DNA of 64,000 nt from Escherichia coli (GCF_013122565.1 NZ_CP053258.1); one strand, 5' to 3'. Positions 34,245-45,712 are shown, numbered from the stretch's first letter. Numbers and translations are program-made. The notes: generated from the letters alone by a model not told the origin.

Positions 34245-34891
34245 TACTCGTCCTTCACATTTCCCGGAATAATTGCGGTTTTCTCTTGTTCACGGCGATA
34301 CCAGTAATAAGCCCCTTTCGAAATCATTCGCAGTTGCAGTACCAGTCGCTCTTCTAATTGCCGACGTTGTTCGACGCCGACGTCCAACGCCTCGGCACCC
34401 GCACTGAAGACAATTGTCACCATTGCTTCGGCTTGCGCTTCAGTAAACGCACGCGGCATATGGTTTTCGAGTTCCAGATAGTCCGCAAGTTCCGCAATGA
34501 AGTGCTGAATTTCACGCGCAACGGCAGCACGAAACGCAGCGGAGGTGCCGGAGCGTTCCCGCAATAATAACCGGAAGGCGTTAGGATTATTACCGATGAA
34601 CTCCATAAATGTGGAGACCGAGGTGCGGATCACACTCCCGCCTTTGGCGATACGCTGACGCGCCTGGCGCATGAGTTGGCGTAGCATTAAACCGCTCTCA
34701 TCAACCATGGTCAGACCCAGTTCGTCTACGTCGCGGAAATGCCGATAAAAAGAGGTGGGAGCAATGCCCGCTTCACGCGCCACTTCACGCAAACTCAAGC
34801 TGGCGAAGCTGCGTTCAGCACTTAATTGGCTAAATGCGGCTTCCACCAGCGAACGGCGGGTTTTTTCTTTTTGTTGCGCTCTTACGCCCAT
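34244..34891 (-). CDS. fabR: TetR-family repressor of unsaturated fatty-acid synthesis FabR
   Basis: TetR HTH ([20 protein letters not shown]); start taken at MGVRAQQ (215 aa); in-frame upstream starts at 34948 and 34987 are possible. Confidence 0.85.
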
Positions 34892-35216
34892 CACGATGTC
34901 TGAATCCTTGCCAAAAGTACTGCTGGCACTATACCAGAGAATGAACATACTGGATTGCTCCAGTGTTGTGAATGAACGGTAACGCAATAAAACATATTTA
35001 CTGCAATTCTTTGGCCGGTTCTTTTACGTACATGCCGCTTAAACGGAGAGTATCGTCGATAAAAATCCAATAAAACGTTCATGTCAAAAGTAAGAAACAG
35101 ACAAAGCAAAGGCCGCTCACGATATAGCCAGATAAATGACGGGGATCAATTGGCTTACCCGCGATAAAATGTTACCATTCTGTTGCTTTTATGTATAAGA
35201 ACAGGTAAGCCCTACC

Positions 35217-36617
35217 ATGCCACATTCCTACGATTACGATGCCATAGTAATAGGTTCCGGCCCCGGCGGCGAAGGCGCTGCAATGGGCCTGGTTAAGCAA
35301 GGTGCGCGCGTCGCAGTTATCGAGCGTTATCAAAATGTTGGCGGCGGTTGCACCCACTGGGGCACCATCCCGTCGAAAGCTCTCCGTCACGCCGTCAGCC
35401 GCATTATAGAATTCAATCAAAACCCACTATACAGCGACCATTCCCGACTGCTCCGCTCTTCTTTTGCCGATATCCTTAACCATGCCGATAACGTGATTAA
35501 TCAACAAACGCGCATGCGTCAGGGATTTTACGAACGTAATCACTGTGAAATATTGCAGGGGAACGCTCGCTTTGTTGACGAGCATACGTTGGCGCTGGAT
35601 TGCCCGGACGGCAGCGTTGAAACACTAACCGCTGAAAAATTTGTTATTGCCTGCGGCTCTCGTCCATATCATCCAACAGATGTTGATTTCACCCATCCAC
35701 GCATTTACGACAGCGACTCAATTCTCAGCATGCACCACGAACCGCGCCATGTACTTATCTATGGTGCTGGAGTGATCGGCTGTGAATATGCGTCGATCTT
35801 CCGCGGTATGGATGTAAAAGTGGATCTGATCAACACCCGCGATCGCCTGCTGGCATTTCTCGATCAAGAGATGTCAGATTCTCTCTCCTATCACTTCTGG
35901 AACAGTGGCGTAGTGATTCGTCACAACGAAGAGTACGAGAAGATCGAAGGCTGTGACGACGGTGTGATCATGCATCTGAAGTCGGGTAAAAAACTGAAAG
36001 CTGACTGCCTGCTCTATGCCAACGGTCGCACCGGTAATACTGATTCGCTGGCGTTACAGAACATTGGGCTGGAAACTGACAGTCGCGGACAGCTGAAGGT
36101 CAACAGCATGTATCAGACCGCACAGCCGCACGTTTACGCGGTGGGCGACGTGATTGGTTATCCGAGCCTGGCATCAGCGGCCTATGACCAGGGGCGCATT
36201 GCCGCGCAGGCGCTGGTGAAAGGTGAAGCCACCGCACATCTGATTGAAGATATCCCTACCGGCATTTACACCATCCCGGAAATCAGCTCTGTGGGCAAAA
36301 CCGAACAGCAGCTGACCGCGATGAAAGTGCCATATGAAGTGGGCCGCGCCCAGTTCAAACATCTGGCACGTGCACAAATCGTCGGCATGAACGTGGGCAC
36401 GCTGAAAATTTTGTTCCATCGGGAAACAAAAGAGATTCTGGGCATTCACTGCTTTGGCGAGCGCGCTGCCGAAATTATTCATATCGGTCAGGCGATTATG
36501 GAACAGAAAGGTGGCGGCAACACTATTGAGTACTTCGTCAACACCACCTTTAACTACCCGACGATGGCGGAAGCCTATCGGGTAGCTGCGTTAAACGGTT
36601 TAAACCGCCTGTTTTAA
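35217..36617 (+). CDS. sthA: soluble pyridine nucleotide transhydrogenase SthA (UdhA)
   Basis: 466 aa [28 protein letters not shown]... (FAD-binding GxGxxG). Confidence 0.96.
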
Positions 36618-37517
36618 CACTTTATCGAAATGGCCATCCATTCTTGCGCGGATGGCCTCTGCCAGCTGCTCATAGCGGCTGCGCAGCGGTGAGCCAGGAC
36701 GATAAACCAGGCCAATAGTGCGGCGTGGTTCCGGCTTAATGCACGGCAGATAAACAACCCCATCGCGTTTGCGTTCCGGCGGCACAGCCAGCGCTGGCAA
36801 TAAAGTGATCCCGCTACCTGCCGCCACCATGTTGCGCAGCGTCTCCAGGCTGGTCGCGCGGAAGTGTGTATCTTCATCCGCCCCGGCTTCAAAACAGAAA
36901 CCCATTGCCTGATCGCGCAAACAGTGACCATCTTCCAGCATCAGCAGTTTTTCCCCTGCCAGATCGGCCATCGGTACGCATTCGCGGTTCGCCCACGGGT
37001 GATCTTCATAGATAGCCAGCAACATTGGCTCATCAAACAACGGCACTTCAATGAATGCTTCGCTCTCTTTCACCAGCGCGAGGATCACGCAATCGAGTTT
37101 GCCGCTGTCCAGTTGCGCCAGTAACTGGTGGGTCTGTGCTTCATGCAGATACATTTCCAGCTTTGGAAAGGTCTGGTGCAGCATCGGGATAATATGCGGT
37201 AGCAGGTACGGTCCAACCGTGGGAATCAAACCAATATGCAGCGGTCCGGACATCGTCTCGCCCTGCTGGCTTGCCATCTCTTTAAGGACTTTCACCTCAC
37301 GCAGCACGGTACGCGCCTGATCCACCAGCAGCATTCCCGCCTGGGTGAACAACACTTTACGGCTGGTCCGCTCCAGCAACATCACGCCCAGCTCATCTTC
37401 CAGCTTACGAATTTGCCCGCTAAGCGTCGGCTGGCTAACGTGGCAGGAATCTGCTGCACGCCGAAAATGGCGGTGTTCAGCCAATGCCACCAGGTACTCA
37501 AGATCACGAATATTCAT
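36600..37517 (-). CDS. oxyR: LysR-family oxidative-stress regulator OxyR
   Basis: 305 aa from [40 protein letters not shown]; convergent with and overlapping the sthA 3' end. Confidence 0.97.
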   Translation of the reverse strand: MNIRDLEYLVALAEHRHFRRAADSCHVSQPTLSGQIRKLEDELGVMLLERTSRKVLFTQAGMLLVDQARTVLREVKVLKEMASQQGETMSGPLHIGLIPTVGPYLLPHIIPMLHQTFPKLEMYLHEAQTHQLLAQLDSGKLDCVILALVKESEAFIEVPLFDEPMLLAIYEDHPWANRECVPMADLAGEKLLMLEDGHCLRDQAMGFCFEAGADEDTHFRATSLETLRNMVAAGSGITLLPALAVPPERKRDGVVYLPCIKPEPRRTIGLVYRPGSPLRSRYEQLAEAIRARMDGHFDKVLKQAV

Positions 37518-37612
37518 TATCCATCCTCCATCGCCACGATAGTTCATGGCGATAGGTAGAATAGCAATGAACGATTATCCCTATCAAGCATTCTGACTGA
37601 TAATTGCTCACA
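37518..37612. promoter_or_regulatory. oxyR-oxyS divergent promoter region with OxyR operator
   Basis: 95-bp interval between the oxyR start codon and the oxyS 5' end; position-based call. Confidence 0.6.
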
Positions 37613-37721
37613 GAAACGGAGCGGCACCTCTTTTAACCCTTGAAGTCACTGCCCGTTTCGAGAGTTTCTCAACTCGAATAACTAAAGCCAACGTGAACTT
37701 TTGCGGATCTCCAGGATCCGC
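37613..37721 (+). ncRNA. oxyS: OxyS small regulatory RNA
   Basis: Sequence GAAACGGAGCGGCACCTCTTTTAACCCTTGAAGTCACTGCCCGTTTCGAGAGTTTCTCAACTCGAATAACTAAAGCCAACGTGAACTTTTGCGGATCTCCAGGATCCGC matches remembered oxyS. Confidence 0.93.
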
Positions 37722-37730
37722 TTTTTTTTT
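37702..37730 (+). terminator. oxyS intrinsic terminator
   Basis: Stem gcggatc-tccag-gatccgc followed by T10. Confidence 0.9.
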
Positions 37731-37770
37731 TATTCTACAGGCCCACAACAAGAGAGCCTGATAGTAACGG

Positions 37771-39054
37771 TTACTCAATGCGATCTTTGACAATAAAGAA
37801 GTAACACAACGCCCCGGTGAACGTCACACAGGCCGCGATAACCAACGCCAGATTAAACGAGTGTGTGGTATCCACTACCCAACCGGTTACGATCGGAGCA
37901 AAGGAAGCAAAAACAAAACTGCCAAAGTTTTGAATCCCGGCGATGGAAGCCACTTTTGTTTCTGACACCATCACCTGCACCAGTCCCCATGCAGACGTTC
38001 CCGCGAAATGCACGCAGAATAGCGCCATTGAGATAAACGCTACCGCCTGAGCTGGCGAGGAAGATTGCACGACCAGCAACGTGCCTAATGCCGACATCAT
38101 CAAACCGCAGACAATAGCCGTTTTACGCGTCTTCGCCAGGTCGTAGCCTTTTTTCGCCAGTCGATCGACAACAATACCGTTTACCCACATCCCGACTGCC
38201 GCCGCGAGGAAAGGAATCGCCGCCACCCAACCGGTTTTCGCCAGACTGAAACCTTGCTCGGCCTGCAAATAACCGGGTAACCACGCGATGTAGAGCCAAC
38301 CGGTATAATTGACGCCAGAGAAACCTAAAATCATCCCCCAGGTTGTCCGATGCTTAAACAGCGCCAGCCACTCGCTAAATTGCAGCTGTGGACGCGGTTT
38401 AACCGGCGCGGAGAGATACGTCCGTTCTTCGTCAGTCAGGACAAACTGCGCCCGGTTGCGATACCACGCGTACCAACAGATCCCAACCAGAATCCCCGCC
38501 ACGCCGATGATGACGAACATCGTCCGCCAGCCCCATGCCAGCTGCATCAATACAAGAGCAGGAGGCGCGATAGCCTGACCGATAACGGTAGATGAGTTAA
38601 AAATCCCCAGCGCCGTGCCGCGTTCTTTTTGTGCATACCAGTCGGTGATCGACTTTACTCCCGCAGGCATAAATGGCGCTTCGCCAATACCCAGACCGAT
38701 ACGCATTAAAATAAAGTGGCTAAAAGAATTAACCATTCCTGTTAATGCCTGCATTAATGACCAGAATATTAAGCCTGCGCCTAAAACTATTCGTGGGCCA
38801 AAGCGGTCTAGCAAAATACCGGAAGGAAGTTGTGAAAAACCATAAGACAGAGAAAATGCAGAAAGCAAAAAACCAAACTCTGTCGCTGATAATCCTAACT
38901 CGCCACGAATCGCTTCGCCTGCCACGCTCAATGACGAACGGTCGAGAAAATTAACGATCCCCGCCATAAATAATAAAACCAGGGTCACTGTCTGAATACG
39001 ACGAATCCGTTGCGGTTTATTACCCGCAACACTGGTTGACACATCAACGTCCAT
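37771..39054 (-). CDS. MFS transporter, anion:cation symporter (ACS) family, putative sugar-acid (hexonate/hexuronate) permease
   Basis: 427 aa ORF, about 12 predicted TM segments, ACS-like N-terminus (LVLLFMAGIVNFLDRSSLSVAG, LDRFGPR); AAGGAG RBS 7 nt upstream of ATG; not present at this locus in K-12. Confidence 0.85.
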   Translation of the reverse strand: MDVDVSTSVAGNKPQRIRRIQTVTLVLLFMAGIVNFLDRSSLSVAGEAIRGELGLSATEFGFLLSAFSLSYGFSQLPSGILLDRFGPRIVLGAGLIFWSLMQALTGMVNSFSHFILMRIGLGIGEAPFMPAGVKSITDWYAQKERGTALGIFNSSTVIGQAIAPPALVLMQLAWGWRTMFVIIGVAGILVGICWYAWYRNRAQFVLTDEERTYLSAPVKPRPQLQFSEWLALFKHRTTWGMILGFSGVNYTGWLYIAWLPGYLQAEQGFSLAKTGWVAAIPFLAAAVGMWVNGIVVDRLAKKGYDLAKTRKTAIVCGLMMSALGTLLVVQSSSPAQAVAFISMALFCVHFAGTSAWGLVQVMVSETKVASIAGIQNFGSFVFASFAPIVTGWVVDTTHSFNLALVIAACVTFTGALCYFFIVKDRIE

Positions 39055-39120
39055 TTTTAGCTCCTTGAGCGGAATTAATCGATTTGATGACTATTCAGAA
39101 AATAATTAAGCGAACCGTTA

Positions 39121-40335
39121 TTACCAGTTCCACAATGTGCCATCTTCCAGTCGTGCGACGGGGAGATACGCCGGGTCATACGGATATTTCGCCGCCAGTT
39201 TCTCATCGAAAGAAATACCCAGCCCCGGTTCATCGCCTGGGTGCATATAACCTTCATCGAAGCGCCAGCTGTGCGGGAAGACTTCAAGCATTTGTTCGGA
39301 ATAGCCCATGTACTCCTGAACGCCAAAGTTTGGCACCCAGAGGTCAAAATGCAGCGCCGCCGCATGACAAACAGGCGATAAATCTGAAGGGCCATGCGAA
39401 CCGGTACGTACCTGATAAAGCGATGCAAAATCGGCAATCCGTCGCATCCCGGTAATGCCGCCTGCATGGGTAATCGTCGTGCGAATATAGTCAATCAGCT
39501 GCTCTTCGATTAACTGCTTGCAGTCCCAGATACTGTTAAACACTTCACCGACCGCAATCGGCGTCACGGTGTGCTGGCGAATCAGACGGAAACATTCCTG
39601 GTTCTCGGCAGGCGTAGGATCTTCCATCCAGAACAGGCGGTAATCCTCAATGCTCTTCCCAAAGCGCGCCGCTTCGATGGGGGTCAGGCGATGGTGCATG
39701 TCATGCAACAGATGTTCGTTAAAACCGAACTTATTACGCACCGCTTCAAATAACTTCGGCGTAAAATCGAGATACTTTTCTGAAGACCACAACTGCTCTT
39801 CTGGCCACAGGCCTTTGGTTGCCGGTTCATACGCCAGTCCTTTGCCCTTCGCCAGGCCATAAGTGGTTTGCATACCCGGTACACCACACTGCACACGAAT
39901 CGCCTTAAAGCCCATGTGCTGGTGCTTTGCATAGTCTTCAAGGACTTCATCAATCGTACGCCCGGTGGTGTGGCAATAAACCATCACGCCTTCACGAGAA
40001 GCACCACCAAGCAGTTGATACAATGGCATATTTGCCGCTTTAGCTTTGATATCCCACAACGCCATATCAATGGCAGAAATGGCTGACATCGTGACGGGGC
40101 CACGTCGCCAGTAAGCACCTTTATAAAAGAATTGCCAGATATCTTCGATACGGCTGGCATCGCGGCCAATTAGTTGTGGACAAAGATGATCTTTCAGATA
40201 AGAAGCGACCGACAATTCGCGACCATTTAACGTGGCATCTCCTAATCCACAAAGTCCGCTTTCAGTGGTTATTTTAAGCGTAACGAAATTACGCCCTGGG
40301 CAAGTAACAAAAACATCCGCAGCAATAATTTTCAT
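39121..40335 (-). CDS. enolase-superfamily dehydratase, ManD/RspA-like (putative D-mannonate or related acid-sugar dehydratase)
   Basis: 405 aa from [25 protein letters not shown]... ending ...[22 protein letters not shown]; closely resembles remembered RspA; AGGAG RBS; ORF track extends 20 codons upstream. Confidence 0.85.
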   Translation of the reverse strand: MKIIAADVFVTCPGRNFVTLKITTESGLCGLGDATLNGRELSVASYLKDHLCPQLIGRDASRIEDIWQFFYKGAYWRRGPVTMSAISAIDMALWDIKAKAANMPLYQLLGGASREGVMVYCHTTGRTIDEVLEDYAKHQHMGFKAIRVQCGVPGMQTTYGLAKGKGLAYEPATKGLWPEEQLWSSEKYLDFTPKLFEAVRNKFGFNEHLLHDMHHRLTPIEAARFGKSIEDYRLFWMEDPTPAENQECFRLIRQHTVTPIAVGEVFNSIWDCKQLIEEQLIDYIRTTITHAGGITGMRRIADFASLYQVRTGSHGPSDLSPVCHAAALHFDLWVPNFGVQEYMGYSEQMLEVFPHSWRFDEGYMHPGDEPGLGISFDEKLAAKYPYDPAYLPVARLEDGTLWNW

Positions 40336-40744
40336 TATTGCAATCTCCTGTGTTGTAAATAGACGTTTCAAACTTAATTTTACGCCTACTACCATACAAG
40401 AGAGAAAAAGCGATTATTCAACCGTGATCACATTAAAAACAAAAATTTCCATCGAGGAGAAAAAATACCCTCAAAAACCACCTGAATAATTAACCATTAT
40501 CGTTAAAACAACACGTTAAATAATCACATAACAAACTCCATTAATCATTAAAAATGGGCACAGCAATAGAAAATAATTATATTCAATTAATTAAAACATG
40601 CATTGGTTGATGTATTGAAAATATGATTTTTATGGGGGGGAGTGAAGGTAAAGAAGACACAATAATAAAAAGGAATATGACAAATAATGGTTCTGGTTGG
40701 ACGTTAAATTTAAGGTCACCAGAATGATGACAAATTTCTGCCTG

Positions 40745-40795
40745 ATGCGGCGTAAACGCCTTATCCGCCTACGAAGTGTCGCACTTTGTAGGCGT
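40745..40795. repeat. REP (repetitive extragenic palindrome) element downstream of argH
   Basis: gcctgatgcggcgtaaacgccttatccgcctac... typical REP consensus. Confidence 0.7.
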
Positions 40796-40800
40796 GGTAA

Positions 40801-40821
40801 ACTCCCCATTTTCAGGGGAGC
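40801..40821 (-). terminator. argH terminator-like hairpin
   Basis: ctcccc-attttca-ggggag inverted repeat immediately after argH stop; weak U-tract. Confidence 0.5.
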
Positions 40822-40833
40822 AATATAAACAAA

Positions 40834-42207
40834 TTACTCTAACCGAGCCTGCGCAAAAGCAATTGCCTGCGCCACCTGCTGCGGTGAGACGCCGCCTTTT
40901 GCCGCACGCTTGTCGAGGCACGATTGTAGCGACAGAATCGGATAGACATCTTCGCCAATCACCTGACTGAATTTCTGCAACTCACTGAGTGGCAGATCTT
41001 CCAGCGGTTTGCCCTGACGAATGGCTTCCACCACCGCTTCACCCACAATATGGTGCGCCTCGCGGAAAGGTACGCCTTTCGCCACCAGGTAATCCGCCAG
41101 TTCGGTGGCGTTGGCGTAACCCTGCTGAGCCGCTTCCTGGCAACGTGGACGTTTCACCTGAATGCCGTCCAGCACCAGCGCCGCCATATGCAGGCAGTCC
41201 AGCCAAGTATCGAGCGCGTCGAACAGACCTTCTTTGTCTTCCTGCATATCTTTGTTGTAAGCCAGCGGCAAACCTTTCAGCGTCATCATCATGCCAGTTA
41301 ACGCGCCCTGCACCCGACCACATTTACCGCGAATCAGCTCCAGCGCATCCGGGTTTTTCTTCTGCGGCATTAATGATGAACCGGAAGTCACGCGGTCAGA
41401 AAGCTCCACAAACCCCGCTTCGCCGGTGTTAAAGAAAATCAGATCTTCAGCAAAACGCGACAGATGCACCATGCCGATAGCGGCAGCAGAAAGCAGTTCC
41501 AGCACGTGGTCACGGTCAGAAACGCTGTCGAGACTGTTACGGGTCGCTGAAGCAAAACCCAGCCAGCCAGCTAACTGTTCACGGTCGATTTCATAAGCCG
41601 TTCCCGCCAGCGCGCCACAGCCTAACGGACTGACATCCAGACGCTTAAGCGCATCCTGCAAACGGCTTTCATCACGCGCCAGCATCTCAACATAGGCCAG
41701 GCACCAGTGCGCGAACGTCACCGGCTGGGCGCGTTGCAGGTGAGTGTAACCTGGCATGACCGCGTCCTGATTGTTTTGTGCGGTTTCCACCAGCGCCGAT
41801 TGCAGCTGCCGGTTAGCCGTCAGCAACTCGCCAACGGTATCTTTGCACCACAGTTTCAGGTCTGTCGCTACCTGATCATTACGACTACGCCCGGTATGCA
41901 GCTTTTTGCCTAACTGGCCCACTTTGTCGATCAGTTTGCCTTCCACCCAGCTATGAATATCTTCGGCGTCGCTTTCGAGGATTTGTTGTGGCCTGGCGCG
42001 AACATCTTCCAGCAGCACGTTCAGCGCCTCTTCCAGTTGCGCCTGCTCTTCTGCGGTTAACACGCCGACCGTTACCAGGGCTTTGGACCAGGCCACAGAG
42101 CCAACAATATCCTGCTCCGCCAGACGGTAATCAAAGCGCAGTGAGTCGTTGAATTGTTTGAACCGTTGATCTGCTGCCTGGGTAAAACGCCCGCCCCAAA
42201 GTGCCAT
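40834..42207 (-). CDS. argH: argininosuccinate lyase
   Basis: 457 aa [40 protein letters not shown]... Confidence 0.98.
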   Translation of the reverse strand: MALWGGRFTQAADQRFKQFNDSLRFDYRLAEQDIVGSVAWSKALVTVGVLTAEEQAQLEEALNVLLEDVRARPQQILESDAEDIHSWVEGKLIDKVGQLGKKLHTGRSRNDQVATDLKLWCKDTVGELLTANRQLQSALVETAQNNQDAVMPGYTHLQRAQPVTFAHWCLAYVEMLARDESRLQDALKRLDVSPLGCGALAGTAYEIDREQLAGWLGFASATRNSLDSVSDRDHVLELLSAAAIGMVHLSRFAEDLIFFNTGEAGFVELSDRVTSGSSLMPQKKNPDALELIRGKCGRVQGALTGMMMTLKGLPLAYNKDMQEDKEGLFDALDTWLDCLHMAALVLDGIQVKRPRCQEAAQQGYANATELADYLVAKGVPFREAHHIVGEAVVEAIRQGKPLEDLPLSELQKFSQVIGEDVYPILSLQSCLDKRAAKGGVSPQQVAQAIAFAQARLE

Positions 42208-42267
42208 AACTCTGTTTCCTTATTTTGAAATTCAATGCCGGAAAGCTGCGCCTCCGGCTAACAAAAC

Positions 42268-43044
42268 TTAAGCTAAAATCCGCGTACCCATCGGCATACC
42301 GTTAAACAGTGCCGGAAGCTGTTCCGCATGACGCCAGGAGGCGATATCTACCGGACGGCCCAACGTGCGCGCAGCATCCAGCGCCGCGTTCACTTTCACT
42401 ATCATGCCGTCAGTAATAATACCCTGCTCAATCAGTTGTTCTGCTTTCGCGGCGGTCATTTCGGCAATACGTTGCCCTTTGCCGTCGAGAATGCCACTGA
42501 CGTCGGAGAGCAAAATCAGATCCGCGCCCAGCGTTGCCGCCAGCGCCGTTGCCGCCTGATCGGCATTGACATTCATCAGTTGCCCTTCGTCTGTTACGCC
42601 AATGGAGCTGACCACCGGCAGATAACCGTTCTCCAGCAAGGTGTTGATAAGCTTAGGCGAACCTGGCTGCGCCAGTCCAACATGGCCTAACTCTTCATCA
42701 AGCTGGGTCACTTTGACGCTGTCGCCGTCACCGAGAAACAAACCTACGGCCGCAATCTGATGTTTCTTCGCCCATGCCAGCAGGGTTTTATTTGCCGTTC
42801 CCGCCAGTGCTCCGGTGATAATGTCTATCTGATCCGCAGGCGTCACCCGCAGGCCGTTTTTCTTTTTCACTGGCAGATTCAGCCCTTTCATCAGCTCATC
42901 CACCACGCAACCGCCGCCGTGGACAATCACCAGCGGACGCTGATGTGACTCACGATAATTCACCAGTGCGCTAAACAGACGTTCCAGCGCCTCTTCACTA
43001 TCCAGCAGTACGCCACCCAGTTTGATAATTAATGGATTCATCAT
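42268..43044 (-). CDS. argB: acetylglutamate kinase
   Basis: 258 aa from [20 protein letters not shown]; ORF track extends 11 codons upstream. Confidence 0.96.
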   Translation of the reverse strand: MMNPLIIKLGGVLLDSEEALERLFSALVNYRESHQRPLVIVHGGGCVVDELMKGLNLPVKKKNGLRVTPADQIDIITGALAGTANKTLLAWAKKHQIAAVGLFLGDGDSVKVTQLDEELGHVGLAQPGSPKLINTLLENGYLPVVSSIGVTDEGQLMNVNADQAATALAATLGADLILLSDVSGILDGKGQRIAEMTAAKAEQLIEQGIITDGMIVKVNAALDAARTLGRPVDIASWRHAEQLPALFNGMPMGTRILA

Positions 43045-43051
43045 TGCACCC

Positions 43052-44056
43052 TTAAATAAGAGACTGCGTTTCCGCATAGCCGAAACGAATATTGGCGCAC
43101 TGTACCGCTTGTGCCGCCGCGCCTTTCAGTAAGTTGTCTTCGGTCGCCACAATAATCAGATGCTCACCCTGAACGGCAAACCCGATATCGCAAAATGGCA
43201 GCCCAACGACATTTTTCAGCGCCGGAACGCCTTTGTCATACAGACGCACCAGCGGTTTATGGGCATACGCCTGCTGTAATGCCTGCGCCACTTGCGCCTG
43301 GCTCACGCCCGGTTTCAGGCGGCAGGTAATGGTTTCGAGAATGCCGCGCGGGAAATTGCCCAGATGCGGGGTGAAGATAACGTCAGCACCGAGGTGTGTG
43401 GCGATCTCTGGTTGATGGCGATGGGTAAAGACGCCATACGGTTGCAGGCTAACTTCACAAAAACTATTTGAAATCGCTGCCTTACGTCCTGCACCGCTCA
43501 CGCCGCTGGTGGCGTTGATCACTGGCCACTGATTGAGGTCAAGAAGATCGGCATCAATCAACGGTTTCAGCGCCAACTGTGCTGCCGTCGGATAACAGCC
43601 TGGTACCGCAATCAAATTCGCTTCTTTTAATTTATTACCGCACCACTCCGCCAGACCGTAGGCTGCCTGTTCCAGCAGTTCCGGGTATTGATGGGTAAAG
43701 CCGTAATATTTTTCATAGAAGGTGGCGTCGTTAACACGAAACGCGCCGGAAAGGTCGAACACCACGCAGCCCGCTTCAAGAAACTGCGGCGCTAAATCGT
43801 GGCTAACTTCATGGGCAGTGGCGAGAAACACCACGTCCACCCCTGGGCTAAACTCGCTGATATCCGACATCGGCTGCAACGGCAGATCAACGATGCCTTT
43901 TAGCTGCGGATGCAAATCGGAGATTAACTTTCCCGCATCATTGCTTTGCGCTGAAACAGTCAAAGCGGTTATGTTCATATGCGGATGGCGATTTACATAG
44001 GTCACTAGCTCTGCGCCAGCGTAGCCGCTGGCACCCACAATCAGCGTATTCAACAT
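43052..44056 (-). CDS. argC: N-acetyl-gamma-glutamyl-phosphate reductase
   Basis: 334 aa [30 protein letters not shown]... Confidence 0.97.
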   Translation of the reverse strand: MLNTLIVGASGYAGAELVTYVNRHPHMNITALTVSAQSNDAGKLISDLHPQLKGIVDLPLQPMSDISEFSPGVDVVFLATAHEVSHDLAPQFLEAGCVVFDLSGAFRVNDATFYEKYYGFTHQYPELLEQAAYGLAEWCGNKLKEANLIAVPGCYPTAAQLALKPLIDADLLDLNQWPVINATSGVSGAGRKAAISNSFCEVSLQPYGVFTHRHQPEIATHLGADVIFTPHLGNFPRGILETITCRLKPGVSQAQVAQALQQAYAHKPLVRLYDKGVPALKNVVGLPFCDIGFAVQGEHLIIVATEDNLLKGAAAQAVQCANIRFGYAETQSLI

Positions 44057-44139
44057 CGGGGCTATTCACCTTCTTATGTCTGGTTGCCAGGTTAAACGTA
44101 AAACATTCACCTTACGGCTGGTGGGTTTTATTACGCTCA

Positions 44140-44190
44140 ACGTTAGTGTATTTTTATTCATAAATAATGCATGAATATTGATACTATCAT
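44140..44190. promoter_or_regulatory. ArgR operator (ARG boxes) in the divergent argE / argCBH control region
   Basis: A/T-rich tattcat / tgaatat half-site motifs between the divergent starts. Confidence 0.6.
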
Positions 44191-44209
44191 GACCAGAGGT
44201 GTGTCAACA

Positions 44210-45361
44210 ATGAAAAACAAATTACCGCCATTTATCGAGATTTACCGTGCTCTGATTGCCACACCTTCAATAAGCGCCACGGAAGAGGCACTCGATCAAA
44301 GCAATGCAGATTTAATCACTCTGCTGGCGGACTGGTTTAAAGATTTAGGCTTCAATGTGGAAGTGCAGCCTGTGCCAGGAACTCGCAACAAATTTAATAT
44401 GCTGGCCAGTTGCGGACAGGGGGCTGGCGGCTTGTTGCTGGCGGGGCATACCGATACGGTGCCATTTGATGACGGTCGCTGGACGCGCGATCCGTTTACA
44501 CTGACGGAGCATGACGGCAAGCTTTACGGCTTAGGCACCGCCGACATGAAAGGCTTTTTTGCGTTTATCCTCGATGCGCTACGCGATGTCGACGTTACGA
44601 AGCTTGCAAAACCGCTCTACATTCTGGCGACTGCCGATGAAGAAACCAGTATGGCCGGAGCGCGTTATTTTGCCGAAACTACCGCCCTGCGCCCGGATTG
44701 CGCCATCATTGGCGAACCGACGTCACTACAACCGGTACGCGCACATAAAGGTCATATCTCTAACGCCATCCGTATTCAGGGCCAGTCGGGGCACTCCAGC
44801 GATCCAGCACGCGGAGTTAACGCTATCGAACTAATGCACGACGCCATCGGGCATATTTTGCAATTGCGCGATAACCTGAAAGAACGTTATCACTACGAAG
44901 CGTTTACCGTGCCATACCCTACGCTCAACCTCGGGCATATTCACGGTGGCGACGCTTCTAACCGTATTTGCGCTTGCTGTGAGTTGCATATGGATATTCG
45001 TCCGCTGCCTGGCATGACACTCAATGAACTTAATGGTTTGCTCAACGATGCATTGGCTCCGGTGAGCGAACGCTGGCCGGGTCGTCTGACGGTCGACGAG
45101 CTGCATCCGCCGATCCCTGGCTATGAATGCCCACCGAATCATCAACTGGTTGAAGTGGTTGAGAAATTGCTCGGAGCAAAAACCGAAGTGGTGAATTACT
45201 GTACCGAAGCGCCGTTTATTCAAACGTTATGCCCGACGCTGGTTCTGGGGCCTGGCTCAATTAATCAGGCTCATCAGCCTGATGAATATCTGGAAACACG
45301 GTTTATCAAGCCCACCCGCGAACTGATAACCCAGGTAATTCACCATTTTTGCTGGCATTAA
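44210..45361 (+). CDS. argE: acetylornithine deacetylase
   Basis: 383 aa from [23 protein letters not shown]; divergent from argC. Confidence 0.96.
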   Translation: MKNKLPPFIEIYRALIATPSISATEEALDQSNADLITLLADWFKDLGFNVEVQPVPGTRNKFNMLASCGQGAGGLLLAGHTDTVPFDDGRWTRDPFTLTEHDGKLYGLGTADMKGFFAFILDALRDVDVTKLAKPLYILATADEETSMAGARYFAETTALRPDCAIIGEPTSLQPVRAHKGHISNAIRIQGQSGHSSDPARGVNAIELMHDAIGHILQLRDNLKERYHYEAFTVPYPTLNLGHIHGGDASNRICACCELHMDIRPLPGMTLNELNGLLNDALAPVSERWPGRLTVDELHPPIPGYECPPNHQLVEVVEKLLGAKTEVVNYCTEAPFIQTLCPTLVLGPGSINQAHQPDEYLETRFIKPTRELITQVIHHFCWH

Positions 45362-45364
45362 AAC

Positions 45365-45465
45365 GTAGGCCGGATAAGGCGCTCGCGCCGCATCCGGCAC
45401 TGTTGCCAAACGCCAGCGCTGCAATAATGTCGGATGCGATGCTTGCGCATCTTATCCGACCTACG
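45365..45465. repeat. REP/BIME element pair between argE and ppc
   Basis: Inverted REP copies gtaggccggataaggcgctcgcgccgcatccggcac and gtcggatgcgatgcttgcgcatcttatccgacctac. Confidence 0.8.
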
Positions 45466-45712
45466 CCTTTGGTGTTAATTGAGGCGATTTTTTAACATTC
45501 CCATAAGTTACGCTTATTTAAAGCGTCGTGAATTTAATGGCGTAAATTCCTGCTATTTATTCGTTTGCTGAAGCGATTTCGCAGCATTTGACGTCACCGC
45601 TTTTACGTGGCTTTATAAAAGACAACGAAAAGCAAAGCCCGAGCATATTCGCGCCAATGCGACGTGAAGGATACAGGGCTATCAAACGATAAGATGGGGT
45701 GTCTGGGGTAAT

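Noticed and set aside
34892-34987. Longer FabR N-terminus (234 or 247 aa) from upstream in-frame ATGs
   Set aside because: The TetR HTH begins shortly after MGVRAQQ. The upstream extension is hydrophobic and unconserved and matches an older annotation I believe has since been shortened, so the start is kept at 34891 with reduced confidence.
40232-40489. 85-aa plus-strand ORF spanning the enolase start and the AT-rich region
   Set aside because: It overlaps the enolase start codon in antisense, has no RBS, and is AT-rich low-complexity, so it is probably spurious.
37732-40830. Possibility that the inserted segment is a defence island, prophage remnant or mobile element
   Set aside because: It contains only a metabolic dehydratase and a permease, with no integrase, transposase, recombinase, nuclease, toxin-like gene, tRNA attachment site or evident long terminal repeats. 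It is best explained as a small metabolic accessory module.
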